Assembly: GCF_004010195.1 (NCBI RefSeq)
Contig: NC_057749.1
Location: 9,239,070 to 9,302,834, forward strand
Reading direction: 5' to 3'
Origin: Chiloscyllium plagiosum
Lineage: Eukaryota
DNA: 63,765 nt
Shown here: positions 1 through 13,549 of the stretch, piece by piece
Layout of the letters: the number at the start of each line of letters is the position of its first letter
Position numbering within the stretch: position 1 is the first letter of the stretch
Position numbers and translations under genes: made by a program
The notes under the pieces: generated by a model
The model's database searches: none
What the model was told of the DNA's origin: nothing
What the model saw: only the letters and a program-made list of their open reading frames with translations

Positions 1-1110
1 GATGGAGCGGAAGTTTGTAAAGAGCATCCAGGAGAGTTTGAGAGCAGTATGTAAATAGTCCAACTTGGAAAGGGGCCATACTGGACCTAGTTTTGGGAAA
101 TGAGCCTGGCCAGGTGATTGAAGTTTCAGTAGGGGATTACTTGGGGAAAGTGACAGAATTTCATAAGTTTTAGAACACTCATGGACAAAGATGAGAGTGG
201 TCCTAAAGGACGAGCGCTAAATTGGGGGAAGGCCAACTATACCAATATTCGGTAGGAGCTGGGGAATGTAGATTGGGAGCAGCTGTTTGAAGGGAAATCT
301 ACATTCAATAAGTAGGAGGCATTTAAAGAAAGGTTGATCAGAGTTCAGGAGAGAGATGTTCTTGTGAAAACAAGGGATAGAAATGGCAAGTCCTGGGGAA
401 AATTAATGTACGGAGAGATCTAGGAGTTCTGGTCCATTGTTCCTTGAAGGTGGCACACAGGTCATTAGAGTGGTCAAGGCAGCATACGGCATGAATTCCT
501 TCATCGGACATGGTACTGAGTACAAAAGTTGACAAATGGCCACATTGGGAATACTGCGTACAGTCCTGGTCGCCACATTACCAAAACGATGTGGATGCTT
601 TGGGGAGGATGCAGAGGTGGTTCACCAGGATGTTGCCTGGTGTGCAGGACGCTGGCTAAGAGGAGAGGAAGAGTAGATTAGAATTATTTTCATTGGAAAG
701 GAGGAGGATGGTGTGGGGGGGGGGGGCGAACCTGAATGAGGCGTACAAAACCTTGTGAGGCAAAGATTGGGCAGATAGCAAGAAACTTTTTCCCAGAGCG
801 GAGAACTCAATTACTAAAGGTCACGAGTTCAAAGCGAGAGGGGAAAAGTTTAGGTGAGATATACAGGGCATGTCCTTCATGCAGAAGGTGGTAGGTGCCT
901 GGAAACTGTTGCCAGTGGAGGTGATGGTGTGGGGATGATAACATCATTTAAAAATGTATCTATACAGATACATGAATAGGCTGGGAACAAAGGGATGCAG
1001 ATCCTTAGAAAATAAGTGGCAGATTTAGATAGAGGATCTGGATCGGCATAGGCTTGGAGGCCCTAAAGGCCTGTTCCTGTGCTGTAAGGTTCTTTGCTCT
1101 CTTTGTTCTT
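1..1110 (+). mobile_element. Degenerate CR1 LINE fragments (endonuclease C-terminal part joined to the 3' end)
   Basis: Remnants of ILDLVLGNEPGQV and LEYCVQ.W.P motifs. CR1-type 3' tail GGCCTGTTCCTGTGCTGTA near 1068-1087. Confidence 0.8.
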
Positions 1111-1903
1111 TAGAGTAATAGTTAGGAGGCAAAAGATCTAGAAGACTGCAACTTGCAAAAATACCTACCAAGAAAAAGAATGGTCTTGTTTCAGACATCA
1201 CCTTGCTTGGATCCATTTAACAAAGTATCCCCTAATAGAGAATTACCAACTGAAAATGTAGCATTTTGGAATTAAGGTAGAATCAAACATACTAGGAATT
1301 CTCTTGACAAATAAAAACTTTGAACTGAGAAGTTACCAGGACTGAAATCATGCTGCCTTGAAGATGCTAACATATCAATCCACCAACACGTGGTGTTGCA
1401 TCTGTACCAAGGGCTCAATACATTTTAGAAGCAAACAGTCACAACAAAACCTTGATCCCATCATTGGACATTAGACTTAAAATTTCCCTAGAATTTTAAG
1501 TAAACATTAAACATTAGCTTGCACGCTCAAGAGACAAACTTTGGTTTTGAATTCATGAATGCAAACCTAGTCAGCCAAGTACAACAGCAACTAATTTAAA
1601 TAGTTAACATGCACACGCACTTACAAACTAGGAGCAGTAGACCATTAGGCCCCTCAAGCCTGCTCCACCATTTGAAACTATCAAATATTGCAGCAAGTTG
1701 AAATCTTATGAACATTTATGCTTTTATTTGACACCTACAGATCATTTTGCTTTTCCCGAAGTGAACAGAATATATGAAGTCTTGGACAGCAGTTATCTAC
1801 CAAAGCTAGAATGCTTTCAGTGCAGCATTGATACAGTACTGGATTGCTGAGGATGATTTCAAGGAGGATGCCCCATCTGCCTGTTTCACTGTTTTAGAAC
1901 AGT

Positions 1904-2218
1904 GGGCGGCACGGTGGCACAGTGGTTAGCACTGCTGCCTCGCAGCGCCAGAGACCCGGGTTCAATTCCCGACTCAGGCGACTGACTGTGTGGAGTTTGC
2001 ACGTTCTCCCCGTGTCTGTGTGGGTTTCCTCCGGGTGCTCCGGTTTCCTCCCACAGTCCAAAGATGCGCAGGGTCAGGTGAATTGGCAACGCTAAATTGC
2101 CCATAGTGTTAGGTAAGGGGTAAATGTAGGGGTAGGGGTATGGTGGGTTGCGCTTCGGCGGGTCAGTGTGGACTTGTTGGGCCGAAGGGCCTGTTTCCAC
2201 CCTGTAAGTAATCTAATC
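1904..2218 (+). mobile_element. HE1-type tRNA-derived V-SINE, near full length
   Basis: A box TGGCACAGTGG, B box GGTTCAATTCC, V-domain GTGTGGAGTTTGCACGTTCTCCCCGTGTCTG..GGGTTTCCTCCGGGTGCTCCGGTTTCCTCCCACAGTCCAAAGA, CR1-like tail GGGCCGAAGGGCCTGTTTCC, TAATC repeats. Confidence 0.9.
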
Positions 2219-3505
2219 AAAACATTTCTATTCAAACAGACATTAGGTCTTACAGAACTAAAAATGGCTGAAAAAGACATTCCTTCAAATCTTTTCATTT
2301 TACACTCATCAGGACATTTTGCATGAAAACATTCCAAAGGAAACATTTCCACTGCAGGAGAGGAAGTGCTGACTGACTGGCAGGTGCATTGACTGGTAGA
2401 GGCATCATCATGGAGAATGCACTAATTAATGGTGGTCATCAGTTAACTGCCAGGGTTTAAATTTTAAACTAGGCCATTGATCCTGTTTGGTCAGCGTATT
2501 GCCTAGGGAAATGAGCTATCAAATAACTCTGCTACTTTCAGATAAAGCAGATGCAACAGATGTAAATGCTATTTTTGTCTGTATATTAATATGTAGACAT
2601 ATCTCAATGTTGATTTTCCAAATACAGATGTGCAAGAGAGGAACAGCTTTTACAGCAATACTCAAATTCTACGCAAAAGGAGGGAAAGGTATTCTCTATG
2701 GTCCTGCCTGGGCAACATTTACCATCGAGAAGTATCAAATACAGATAAATTGGGATTCAACTAATATCCTGTTCTGTGATAACTTTGCAACGCATAAATT
2801 ACTTCAGTCTGCTGAAGACGACAAATAACTAGATGTCGAAAGCAATCTTTTCAATGTGCAGCAGTTACAGATGTCCTGAGGGCACAAGGTGCCATTAAAA
2901 CTGCAAATTGTTCCCAAAGATCAGCAGAACTCTCAAACATGAGTGACTTCAATCCCACTAGATACCAAGAACGGTTTACCATTTAAAACAATGCCAGACT
3001 AATTACAGCACTACCTTTCTATAATTATAGCCTCAACTTATACCATCATCTTTACTGTATAGCAGCTACATTGATCATAATATGTATATGATGCTTCAAA
3101 GCTCAGTCAACCTGTCAACATTATTGCCAGCCATGCATGAACTGTAACTGACCAGTCAATAATAGTCCACAAGTGTAGCCGGAAACACAGCATCTTCACT
3201 ACGCTGTGCAAAAGTGGCAGACATTCATAATTTAAATACTTAAACCTGTATAGGTTTTCAATTTAAGGCTGGTATCTGATTGAAATGGATAGATTTATTC
3301 CATAATATAAAGAACCCACAGAACAAACAACGTTCACATCCCCTGAACTGAGAACATTCCACAAGCAAGGACAAAAACATTGTCTGACAAACATTAATAG
3401 TTCAGCAAACATCCACAAGATTATCTTTTCTCACTCACTGGCAGTTCTTGAAAACTAAGATGGGGGAGGAACAAGGGGTTAAAAAGGGGAGGAGTGAGGA
3501 TTTTT

Positions 3506-3815
3506 TTAGATTAGATTCCCTACAGCGTGGAAACAGACCCTTCAGCCCAACAAGTCCACAATGACCCTCTGGAGTAACCCACCCAGACCCATTTCCCTCT
3601 GACTAATGCTCCCTAACACTATGGGCAATTTAGCATGGCCAATTCACCTGACCTGCACATCTTTGGACTGTGGGAGGAAACCGGAGCACCCAGAGGAAAC
3701 CCACGCAGACACGGGGATGTGCAAACTTCACACAGACAGTCACCAGAGGCTGGAATCGAACTTGAGTGCCTGGCGCTGAGAGGCAGAAGGGCTAACCACT
3801 GAGTTACCATGCCGC
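3506..3815 (-). mobile_element. HE1-type V-SINE
   Basis: Reverse complement of the head, V-domain and tail seen at 1904-2218. Confidence 0.88.
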
Positions 3816-4334
3816 TCTCGAGCAAAGAGAAAAAGAGAAACAAAGAAATCCTTCTTGGTCAAAAGCTAGAAACAGCAGGCATTGTTGATGGAATGAACAG
3901 CAAAACAGTAAACTAACAATAGTCAGGCATCATGAAGCATGCAAATAAAATCCTTATATCACATGCATCAGTTGCTGTGGTCTACTGAGTTGATATGCAT
4001 TCCCATGGGATCAAATTCTTTATAACAGGATATAGTACTGCTCCGAGCCGATCTGCTCTGTAGTCTGCAATTCTCAAATTTCAGACTACTAATTCCAAGC
4101 AGATTAATCTTTTACATAACATTCTAGATACTCAATTGACTTTAACGTATATTCTGTAATTAAAAAGACATCTTAGTTGCCAATGCACACAGCTGCATTT
4201 GCCAGATGACTGTTCTATTTTGCTGATGGCAGGTATCAGCAGTGGATCCTAATGAATGGCAAGCACCACTGATGAAATTATAGTTTTAAATTAAAAATGC
4301 AAAGTCTTACTCTGCAGTAGATTTGCCATCAGAA

Positions 4335-4680
4335 ACATAATACCATAAGACATAGGAGTGGACGTAAGGCCATTCGGCCCATCGAGTCCACTCCGCCATT
4401 CAATCATGGCTGATGGGCATTTTAACTCCATTTACCCGCATTCTCCCCATAGCCCTTAATTCCTTGTGACATCAAGAATTTATCAATTTCTGCCTTGAAG
4501 ACATTTAGCGTCCCAGCCTCCACTGCACTCTGTGGCAATGAATTCCACAGGCCCACCACTCTCTGGCTGAAGAAATGTCTCCGCATTTCTGTTCTGAATT
4601 TACCCCCTCTAATTCTAAGGCTTTGTCCACGGGTCCTAGTCTCCTCGCCTAACGGAAACAATTTCCTAGCGTCCACCCTT
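4335..4680 (-). mobile_element. CR1 LINE 3' fragment
   Basis: ORF 4422-4676 LFPLGEETRTRGQSLRIRGGKFRTEMRRHFFSQRVVGLWNSLP is the CR1 ORF2 C-terminus. Confidence 0.9.
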
Positions 4681-4811
4681 AAGATATGTCAAGAGCTTTG
4701 CTTACTATGAAGTGTCAATGTAAATGCAATATTGCATAAAGCCATGGCTTTGTTTTAGAATGCCGCTGTGAAGTGCCTTTGAATTTGCTATATAAATACA
4801 AGTTGCTATTA

Positions 4812-7590
4812 TAGAGTCAGAGAGACGTACTGCACGGAAACAGATCCTTCGGTCCAACCTGTCCATGTCGACCAGATATCCCAACCTAATCAAGTCTCAC
4901 CTGCTTTGAAGCACCCAGCCCATATCCCTACAAACCCTTCCTATTCATATACCTATCCAGATGCCTTTTAAATGTTGCAATTGCACTAGCATCCACCACT
5001 TCCTCTGGCAGCTCATTTCATACACACACTACCCTCTGCATGAAAAAGTTGCCCCTTAGGTCTCTTTTATATCTTTCCCCTCTCACTCTAAACCTATACC
5101 CTCTAGTTCTGGAGTCACCCACCCCAGGGAAAATACCTTGTCTATTTATCCTATCCATGATCATGATTTTATACACCTCTTAGGTCACCCCTTAGCCATT
5201 AACGCTCCTGTCCTCCAACCCTGGCAACATCCTTGTACATCTTTTCAGAACCCTTTCAAGTTTCACAAATCCTTCAGATAAGAAGGGGACCACAATTGCA
5301 AGCAATATTCCAAAAGCGACCTAATCAGTGCCCTGTACAGCCACATCACCACCTCCCACCTCCTGTACTCAATAGTCTGACCTCAGTGGTGGGAAAGATG
5401 CTGGAGTCAATTATAAAGGATGAAATTATGACACATCTGGATAGCAGTAACAGGATAGGTCAGAGTCAGCATGGATTTATGAAGGGGAAATCATGCTTGA
5501 CTAATCTTCTGGAATATTTTGAGGATATAACTCTGAAGATGGACAAGGGAAATCCAGTGGATGTAGTGTACCTAGACTTTCAGAAAGCCTTTGATAAAGT
5601 CCCACATAGAAGGTTAATGAGCAAAATTAGGGCGCATGGTATTGGGGGCAAAGTACTGACTTGGATTGAAAATTGGTTGGCTGACAGGAAACAAAGTAGT
5701 GATAAATGGCTCCCTTTCGGAATGGCAGGCGGTGACTAGTGGGGTACCACAGGGATCAGTGCTGGGACCGCAGCTTTTTACAATATATATTAATGATACA
5801 GAAGATAGTATCAATAGCAACATTAGCAAATTTGCTGATGATACAAAGCTGGGTGGCAGGGTGAAATGTGAGAAGGATGTTAGGAGATTACAGGGTGACC
5901 TGGACAGGTTTGGTGAGTGGACAGATGCATGGCAGATGCAGTTTAATGTGGATAAATGTATGGTTATCCACTTTGGTGGCAAGAACTGGAAGACAGATTA
6001 CTACCTAAATGGAGTCAAGTTAGGTAAAGGGGAAGTACAAAGAGATCTGGGTGTTCTTGTACACCAGTCAATGAAGGCAAGCATGCAGGTACAGCAGGTA
6101 GTGAAGAAAGCTAACAGCATGCTGGCCTTCATAACAAGAGGGATTGAGTATAGTAGCAAAGAGGTTCTTCTGCAGCTGCACAGGGACCTGGTGAGACCGC
6201 ACCTAGAATATTGTGTGCAGTTCTGGTCTCCAAATTTGAGGGAGTGCAGCGTAGGTTCACGAGGTCAACTTCTGGAATGGCGGGACTATCTTATGTTGAA
6301 AGATTGGAGCGACTGGGCTTGTATACCCTTGAGTTTAGAAGAAAGAGGGGGGATCTGATTGAGACGTATAAGACTATTAAAGGATTGGACAGTCTGGAGG
6401 CAGGAAACATGTTTCCGCTGATGGGTGAGTCCCGAACCAGAGGACACAGCTTAAAAATAAGGGGTAGGCCATTTAGGACAGAGATGAGGAGAAACTTCTT
6501 CACCCAGAGAGTGGTGGGTGTGTGGAATGCTCTGCCCCAGAAGACAGTGGAGGCCCAGTCTCTGGATTCGTTTAAGAAAGAGTTGGATAGAGCTCTCAAG
6601 GATAGTGGAATCAAGGGTTATGGAGATAAGGCAGGAACAGAATACTGATTGAGGATGATCAGCCATGATCATAATGAATGGTGGTGCAGGCTCAAAGGGC
6701 AGAACGGCCTACTCCTGCACCTATTGTCTAACCAATGCAGGAAATCATACCAAACGCCTCCTTCACTATCCTATCTACCTGCGACTCTACTTTCAAGGAG
6801 CTATGAACGTGCACTCCAAGGTCTCTTTGTTCAGCAACAATCCCTAGGACCTTACCATTAAGTGTATAAGTCCTGCTAAGATAGGCTTTCCCAAAATGCA
6901 ACACCTTGCATTTATCTAAATCAAACTTCATCTGCCACTTCTCAGCCCATTGGCCTGTCTGATCAAGATCCCTTTGTAATCCAAGGTAACCCTCTTCACT
7001 GTCCACTACACCACCAATTTTGGTGTCATCTGCAAACTTACTAACTACACCTCCTATGTTCACATCCAAATCATTTATATAAATGACGAAAAGTAGTGGA
7101 TCCAGCACTGATCCTTGTTACACTCCACTGGTCACAGGCATCCAGTCTGAAAAACAACCCTCCATCACCACCACCCTCTGTCTTCTACCTTCAAGCCAGT
7201 TCTGTATCCAAATGGCTAGTTCTCACTGTATTCCATGAGATTTAACCTTGCTAACCAGTCTCCCATGGGGAAGCTTGTCGAACTTTTTATTGAAGTCTAT
7301 ATAGATCACATCCACCGCTCTGCCCTCATCAATCCTCTTTGTTACTTCTTCAAAAAGCTCAATCAAGTTAATAAAACATGATTTCCCACGCATAAATCCA
7401 AACTGACTATCCCTAATCAGTCCTTGCCTTCCCAAATACATGTAAATCCTATCCCTCAGGATTCTCTCCAACAACTTGCCCACCACCGATGTCAGACTCA
7501 CCAGTCTATAGTTACCTGGCTTGTCATTACCTCCTTTCTTAAATAGTGGCAGCATGTTAGCCAACCTCCAGTCTCCCGGCACTTCACCTT
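4812..7590 (-). mobile_element. CR1 (HER1-like) LINE, 5'-truncated, split by a younger opposite-strand CR1
   Basis: RT motifs PGNYRLVSLTSVVGKLLE (7223-7582) and FVIYINDLD...KFADDTK (6728-7108). The 3' part at 4812-5372 resumes after the insert. Confidence 0.88.
5373..6730 (+). mobile_element. CR1 LINE (RT to 3' end), nested insertion
   Basis: Frameshifted ORFs SLTSVVGKMLE..QHGFMKGKSCLTNL..YLDFQKAFDKVPH, GVPQGSVLGP..KFADDTK, NFFTQRVVGVWNALP, followed by a 3' tail. Confidence 0.93.
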
Positions 7591-7739
7591 GTTGATTAAT
7601 ACTTTGTCAGGCAGCTCATGAAGACACAGCAAAACTGCAATAATACCTTTACAGATAGCAATGATCAAAAAAAAAGAAAAATGCATAGAGAACAGCAGCA
7701 GTAGGCCATTTGTTGCTATGGTATGCTCTGCCATTAGAC

Positions 7740-8790
7740 TATAAACACCATAAGAAATAGGAACAGAAGTCAACTACTTGGTCCCTCGAGCCTGATCCAC
7801 TATTCATTCAGATCATGGCTGATCAGACATTGTTCACGTCCAATTTCCTGCATTTTCTCTGAAACCCTCGACTTCCCTATTATCAAGAATCTATCTCAAC
7901 CTTAAATACACAAAAAGTCTGCCCCACGGCTATGTGGCAAGGAGTTGCAAAGACACTCAACCCTCCGAAAAAATTTCTCCTCATCTCAGTCTTAAATTGG
8001 CACGCTTTTATTCTGAGGCCATCCCCTCTGGTTCTAGATTCTCCCACAAGGGAAAACATGTTCCCAGCATTTACCCTGTCAAGTCTCTTAAGAACCCTAT
8101 ATATTTCAATGAGATTATCTTTCTTCTAAACTGTAGTGAGTAGAGTCTTAATCTGTTTAGGCCTTGCTCATAAAACAATGCCTCCATAACAAGGATCATT
8201 CTACTGAAGGAGCAAATTATTGCAGATGCTAGTTTCCTTACTGAAAGCAACAAGTGCTGGTGATCATATCGGGTCAGAAAGCATCCAAGGAGAGTGAGAA
8301 AGTTAATGTCAAGTCTAGAGGACTCTATATCTAATGGAAGAGCCATCCAGACTCTAAACATCAGCACATTCTAGTGAACCTTCTCTGAATTGCCTCCCAT
8401 GAAATGTTACATCATTTGCTATTGGACTCTTTAATAGCCAATTGTTTTATGAGATATGGATAAGTGGAATAGCAAAGAAGGGTAGGAGAATTCAAAATTA
8501 CAGAGCATAGTTTTAGCATGAAAGGGGAAAGATTTATAAAGGGACCGGAGGGGCAACGTTTTCCACACAAAGGACGGTGCATATATGAAATGAACTGCCA
8601 CAGGAAGTGGTAGAGGCCAATACAGTTACAATATTTAAAAGATATTTGGACAGGTATGAACAGGAGAGGTTTAGAGGGATATGAGCCAAATTCAGGCAAA
8701 TGTAACTTGTTTGTTTTGGGAAACCTAGTCTGCATGGACGAGTTGAGCTGAAGGGTCTGTTTTCGGGCTGTACAACTCTATAACTAACTT
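7740..8790. mobile_element. Mosaic of degenerate CR1 3' fragments (minus ~7740-8200, plus ~8490-8790)
   Basis: RTRG/FFT.RVV/WN.LP remnants and CR1 tails on both strands. Confidence 0.7.
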
Positions 8791-11700
8791 TCTTTACAAC
8801 ATTAAATTGTTTTGGCCTCAATGCTTCATGAGGCAGAGAATTCCACATGCACACCACACTCTGGGTAAAAAATGACCTGAAAAATCAAATGACTTATGAT
8901 GAAAGAATCTGCATTGAAACCAGTTTCAGGAATTAAGATTTCACATAATGAACACAATGTGCTATATATGGATGTTTGCTGCCACTAGCTATGATCCATA
9001 AACACGATGAGCAGAAAAGCCATTTGACACTAATAGACAGATTATACTAGTTTTAGTTACTTTACTCCTGTATGGGAAATCTGAAAACTGAGCTTGATGT
9101 CTTAGTGGACATCTCTCAAATTACCTGGCTCAGATTACAAACACCTTGAAATTTGGCAGCTCAACTGTTAGCGTTCACTTAACAACAGTAGCACAGCAAC
9201 AGTGTCACGAGGAAGAGACATCCTTTGGTCCATCGAGCCACCCAAAGCATCCATTTCTCAACCTCCACTGTCCACATTTTAAACAAATGCAGGGAAGTAT
9301 AACCTAAACACTTTAATGATTCACATTTACTTCAGCATAAAAAAGGGTAAATAAAATGGCAGACAGGTAGAGTGAGCATTCAAATGTTAAGATGCAAAGA
9401 GCTGACTTTCAAAGCCAAATGAAAACTGCTGCAAAACCTAGGGCACAGTTCAGGAAATCTCACTGGGCATCAGAGGAAGCCAAGGCTGAATTTGGAGTTA
9501 AAGAGCATGATCAAATTAATATCGGAAACTCTGCCCTGCTCATGAAAACTGTTACAGAAATTTCAGTGGAAAAGAATTACATTTACTTGTACTGTAACCA
9601 TGAAATGTCCTGAGCAGAAATTAAAACTGGCTAAATTATGAAGCAAAGTAACCCTAGGACAAAAGTCAGATTCCACTGCAATCTGATTTAGCAATATAAT
9701 TACCAAGGGATTTATGACACTAGACTTGCCAATGCTATTGCACAGTTATCATGTACTACAAGGAATTGTAAGTGAAAGGATTGGAAAACACAACTGTGAA
9801 TCTTAGTCAACCACAAACATGGTAAGCACACCATGTCAGATGGACAGCATCTGGTGCTCATTACACTGTTGCTAACAAGACAGAACTACCCACATGCAGT
9901 TGATTATTTCACCGATTGTTATAGGTATAAAAGCCATATTTAATCACTGATTTCTATGGTACACTAGGTGAAGGGAAAACAAATCCAGACATTGCTACCA
10001 GATTTTTTCCAGGGATAAGCTTTCAACAGAAAGTTAATTTCTTTTTTTCCTCTGAATGCAGATATGTCAAAACCTCAGATGTATCATTCATTACTTCTTT
10101 AGCACAGAGGTTTAGTTTACAAATCTAGAGATTACTGGCTGCCAAATTTTCAAGACAGCTTGTGAAAAACGTATTTGTTCCCATCGAATTTTGGCAGCTA
10201 GTGCTTTCGGCATATTAAATTACAAGCATACTCAATTATCAGTGCACAAAATGCAGCTATATTGGGGTGCCACATAATACAAATACAGAGAACATTTCAG
10301 AATTCAGAGGTAGCTTTGGATTTGTTTCACTTGATACCGATCAGTTTGATAGAAAACTTTACATGATTCTATGAATAATGAACAGCTCCAGTTACCTAGA
10401 ATTGGAGAAACACAGCATTCAATCTGGTTTTCTGAAACATGAAAAAAAGGGAGAGAAAAGGCATTTTCAAAATACATTTCGGAAAATGTTTAAGAGGAGA
10501 CTAAAACTCTAGTCTTGCAGTGAATCTGAACAGAAGAGATTTCCCATTGGCTCCAAATTGGTTAAAAAAAGATTCCAGCACATGAAAATATAAAACATAA
10601 ATTTCCCATTTGTGTTCAAAGGGCAAGTCTTTGCTGATATAAGTCATGTTCCAGAAAGGTTTATATCAAAAGTTCTATGCTGCATTTAGATGATCTGTTT
10701 CGTGGGAACAAGAGTCAATGACTCTGGAGCATACTCATATTTAATGAGATCATGGATATCCACCAATCTAGTCCTGTAAACCCCTTTGTGTATTAGTCGG
10801 AGTATAGTTGTTTTTAGGAACACTATTGCTACTAGAAATCTTCAAAAGCTGTTTCTGGAATACCATAAAAAATTTCAATATTCTTTCAGGGATTAAAGTA
10901 TGCTTGCAAGCCCAGCATGTGTTGCCAGTCCCTAATTGATCATCGAAAAATATATGCATACACTTGCTGTTTTGAAACACTGGTTTCTATGACACTATCT
11001 TTACCTTTTCTACTTTTAATTGACATTGCTAATTGGAATTCTGCATTACTATGTCTCCAAAGTAGATGGTGCTGTTGCCTATTTATCGCCCAGAATCTGT
11101 CTCCACCCGAGGGGAAAGGTGGGGTCAAGACTTTCAAACAAGGTGATATAATTTAGAAGTCATTCTGAATGGTCTCCAGTTACCATTGTTCGTCATAATG
11201 ATGATCCAATTTCGCTGTCATTAACCTGCTTTGCTGGCCCTCTCTCCTTCATCCAACCGTATTAGGAAATTGGCTTCAGAACAGGCAAATAAAAAGGGAG
11301 AAAGAGATTAGAGAGAGGCATTAGAAAAGAAAGCAGATTGGTAGAAGAAAGGATGATGGTGAAGGATGAGATTGGGTTAAAGGTTTTCATTGAAATATTT
11401 TGAAAACAGGTGTTAGGATTCATTGCACAAAGCATCTAACATTGCATAATTTGTGACAGTAAATTTTTACAGGTTAAATACAGGATGGCTTTTGACAACA
11501 TGAAAAAATAACCAATCCATTCTTCAGAAAATTGTTAATAAAGTTCTGTGAACTCTACTTAAATAAAGCTGCCAAACCCTTGAGAGCAGTCAACAGGGCA
11601 GCTCTCACTACTTATCACAAAAAAACAATCATTCCTCTCCACAACACTGCAGCCCTACCCATAAGAAACATACGAATGAAACATTTGTATCATATGCATG

Positions 11701-13240
11701 AGACAAAACAAGTTTAGCCGTTGCCTCAAACAAGTAAGGTGGCATAGTAGGAACCCTGAGGCAAACCTGAAGCAAAACTCCTCCAAGCAAATGGCCTCAC
11801 AGGTGACAGAATATAGATCAAAAGGAGGGTGCAGGAAATCTCTTTAGAGTAATTTAGGATGAAGCCCTTCCCAGCAAGGTTATCAAGCAATAAACGTGCA
11901 CACGATTTCCAAACGTACAGCACTGTTTCGTTGCTGTGACCTAACGAACACTGCATCTATACTGCATACAGTAGACCTTCAGAGATTTGTGACGGCTTAA
12001 CAGTTAGCAATACATAGCAAACTACTAAGTCATTCAGATTAAAGCAAGCTCCAAATTTAATCCTCAGTCTTTGATTATCTCAACCAATAATTTGCATTTA
12101 TACACAGCACTTTTAAATACTACAAACAAGAAAGAAGGTGCAGCCCAATCCTCAGATTGTAGAGAGTGCAAGGGCAGGGGTGATTGGCATCTCGGAGCAC
12201 TGGTAGGCAAGAATAGACATCGCTCTGAAACTTCCCAGAGGCAAATGGTCAACCACACAACAACTTAGGTTGGACACCTTAAATTCTTCCAAACGTGGTC
12301 TGGAATGGGGAGAAGGGGGAGGGATGAGGGAAAGAGTAGGATACACTCGTCAGTACTGCTATTCTGTCACTTTTGTTTGGTGGCTTACATGGAGAGACAA
12401 AAATATTTCAACAATGACCAATTGTACATCTTGCCTTTGCGATCAAATGGACATATCAAGAGCAGACTACAAAAGAATCAATTGCAAAAGTTGCTTGAGT
12501 AGCAACCACACACCACACCAAACTGGTTTTATGGAAATTATCTCTCGTTAATATTCTATAAATAGCTTGTGATTTTTCATTTGGCCCAAGGCGCCTGATG
12601 TTTTGCAGCAATGCCATTTTACACAGCATTATTTGTGAACCAGTTGTCACAGACCCCATTAAGCTGCAAAACCATAATATTTAAAAACAAATCTAGTCCA
12701 AATGAAATCATTGTTTTAGCAAATGTCATGAAGCAAACAAAAAAATCAGCCTGGAGGGCAAACAACTGTTCAAGGGAATTCCAAACCATTTCTCAGTTTA
12801 ACAAGTAACTTTAGCGTTCCACCCTCTACTTAAGGTGCAAGGCAATAATGGGATGTGTTATCACGTGCCATCCTCCACATGCTGCATGGCAATTATTCAT
12901 GCAAGAACCTGGACAAACACACTGGAGTGCTATTTGTCTATGGCAAGCATGATACCCAATTCTGTTCTCATCCACATGTTCTACCAGGAAACTTGGGTTA
13001 GATTTTTAATCATGTAAATCTAAACCAAGTCTCCACCCCCCTGAACAACTCAAGAGCAAAAACATCATTCATAAATTATCAGCAATTCTACCAGCAGAAA
13101 TTAGCTAAATCATGATTCAAATTGAAAGACTATTGAACATGTGATTAAGTTCACGGAATAACAAGGGGATCATGTCACATCTCCTGAATTGAATTCTTCT
13201 AGGCCATGGGAACAAAGAAAGAGTGGGGAACACAGAAGAC

Positions 13241-13546
13241 AGCAGCGGTGAGTTAGCGGTTAATACTGCTGTCTCACAGGACCAAAGACTCAGGCTTGAT
13301 ACCACCCTTGGGCGACTGTTTCTGTCTGTCTGAAGTTTGTACATTCTCCTGGTGTCTGCGTGGATTTCCTTCGGGTGCTCCAGTTTCCTCCCACAGACCA
13401 AAGATGTGTAGATTACATGGATTAGCCATGGTAAATGCAGAATTCCTGGCTTAGGATAGGGAGGCTGGATCTGGGTTAGATGCTGTTTGGAGGCTTCCTG
13501 CACACTCGATGGGCCAAATGGCCTCTTTCTGCACTGATTCTATGAT
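13241..13546 (+). mobile_element. Degenerate V-SINE
   Basis: V-domain TCTGCGTGGATTTCCTTCGGGTGCTCCAGTTTCCTCCCACAGACCAAAGA and tail GATGGGCCAAATGGCCTC. Confidence 0.8.
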
Positions 13547-13549
13547 AAG

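Noticed and set aside
1904..1975. tRNA gene
   Set aside because: The A and B boxes continue into a V-domain and LINE-type tail, so this is a SINE head. The same applies to the other SINE copies.
5233..6648. Active reverse transcriptase, retron or defence-type system
   Set aside because: 5'-truncated, frameshifted CR1 ORF2 in a vertebrate intron, with no prokaryotic context.
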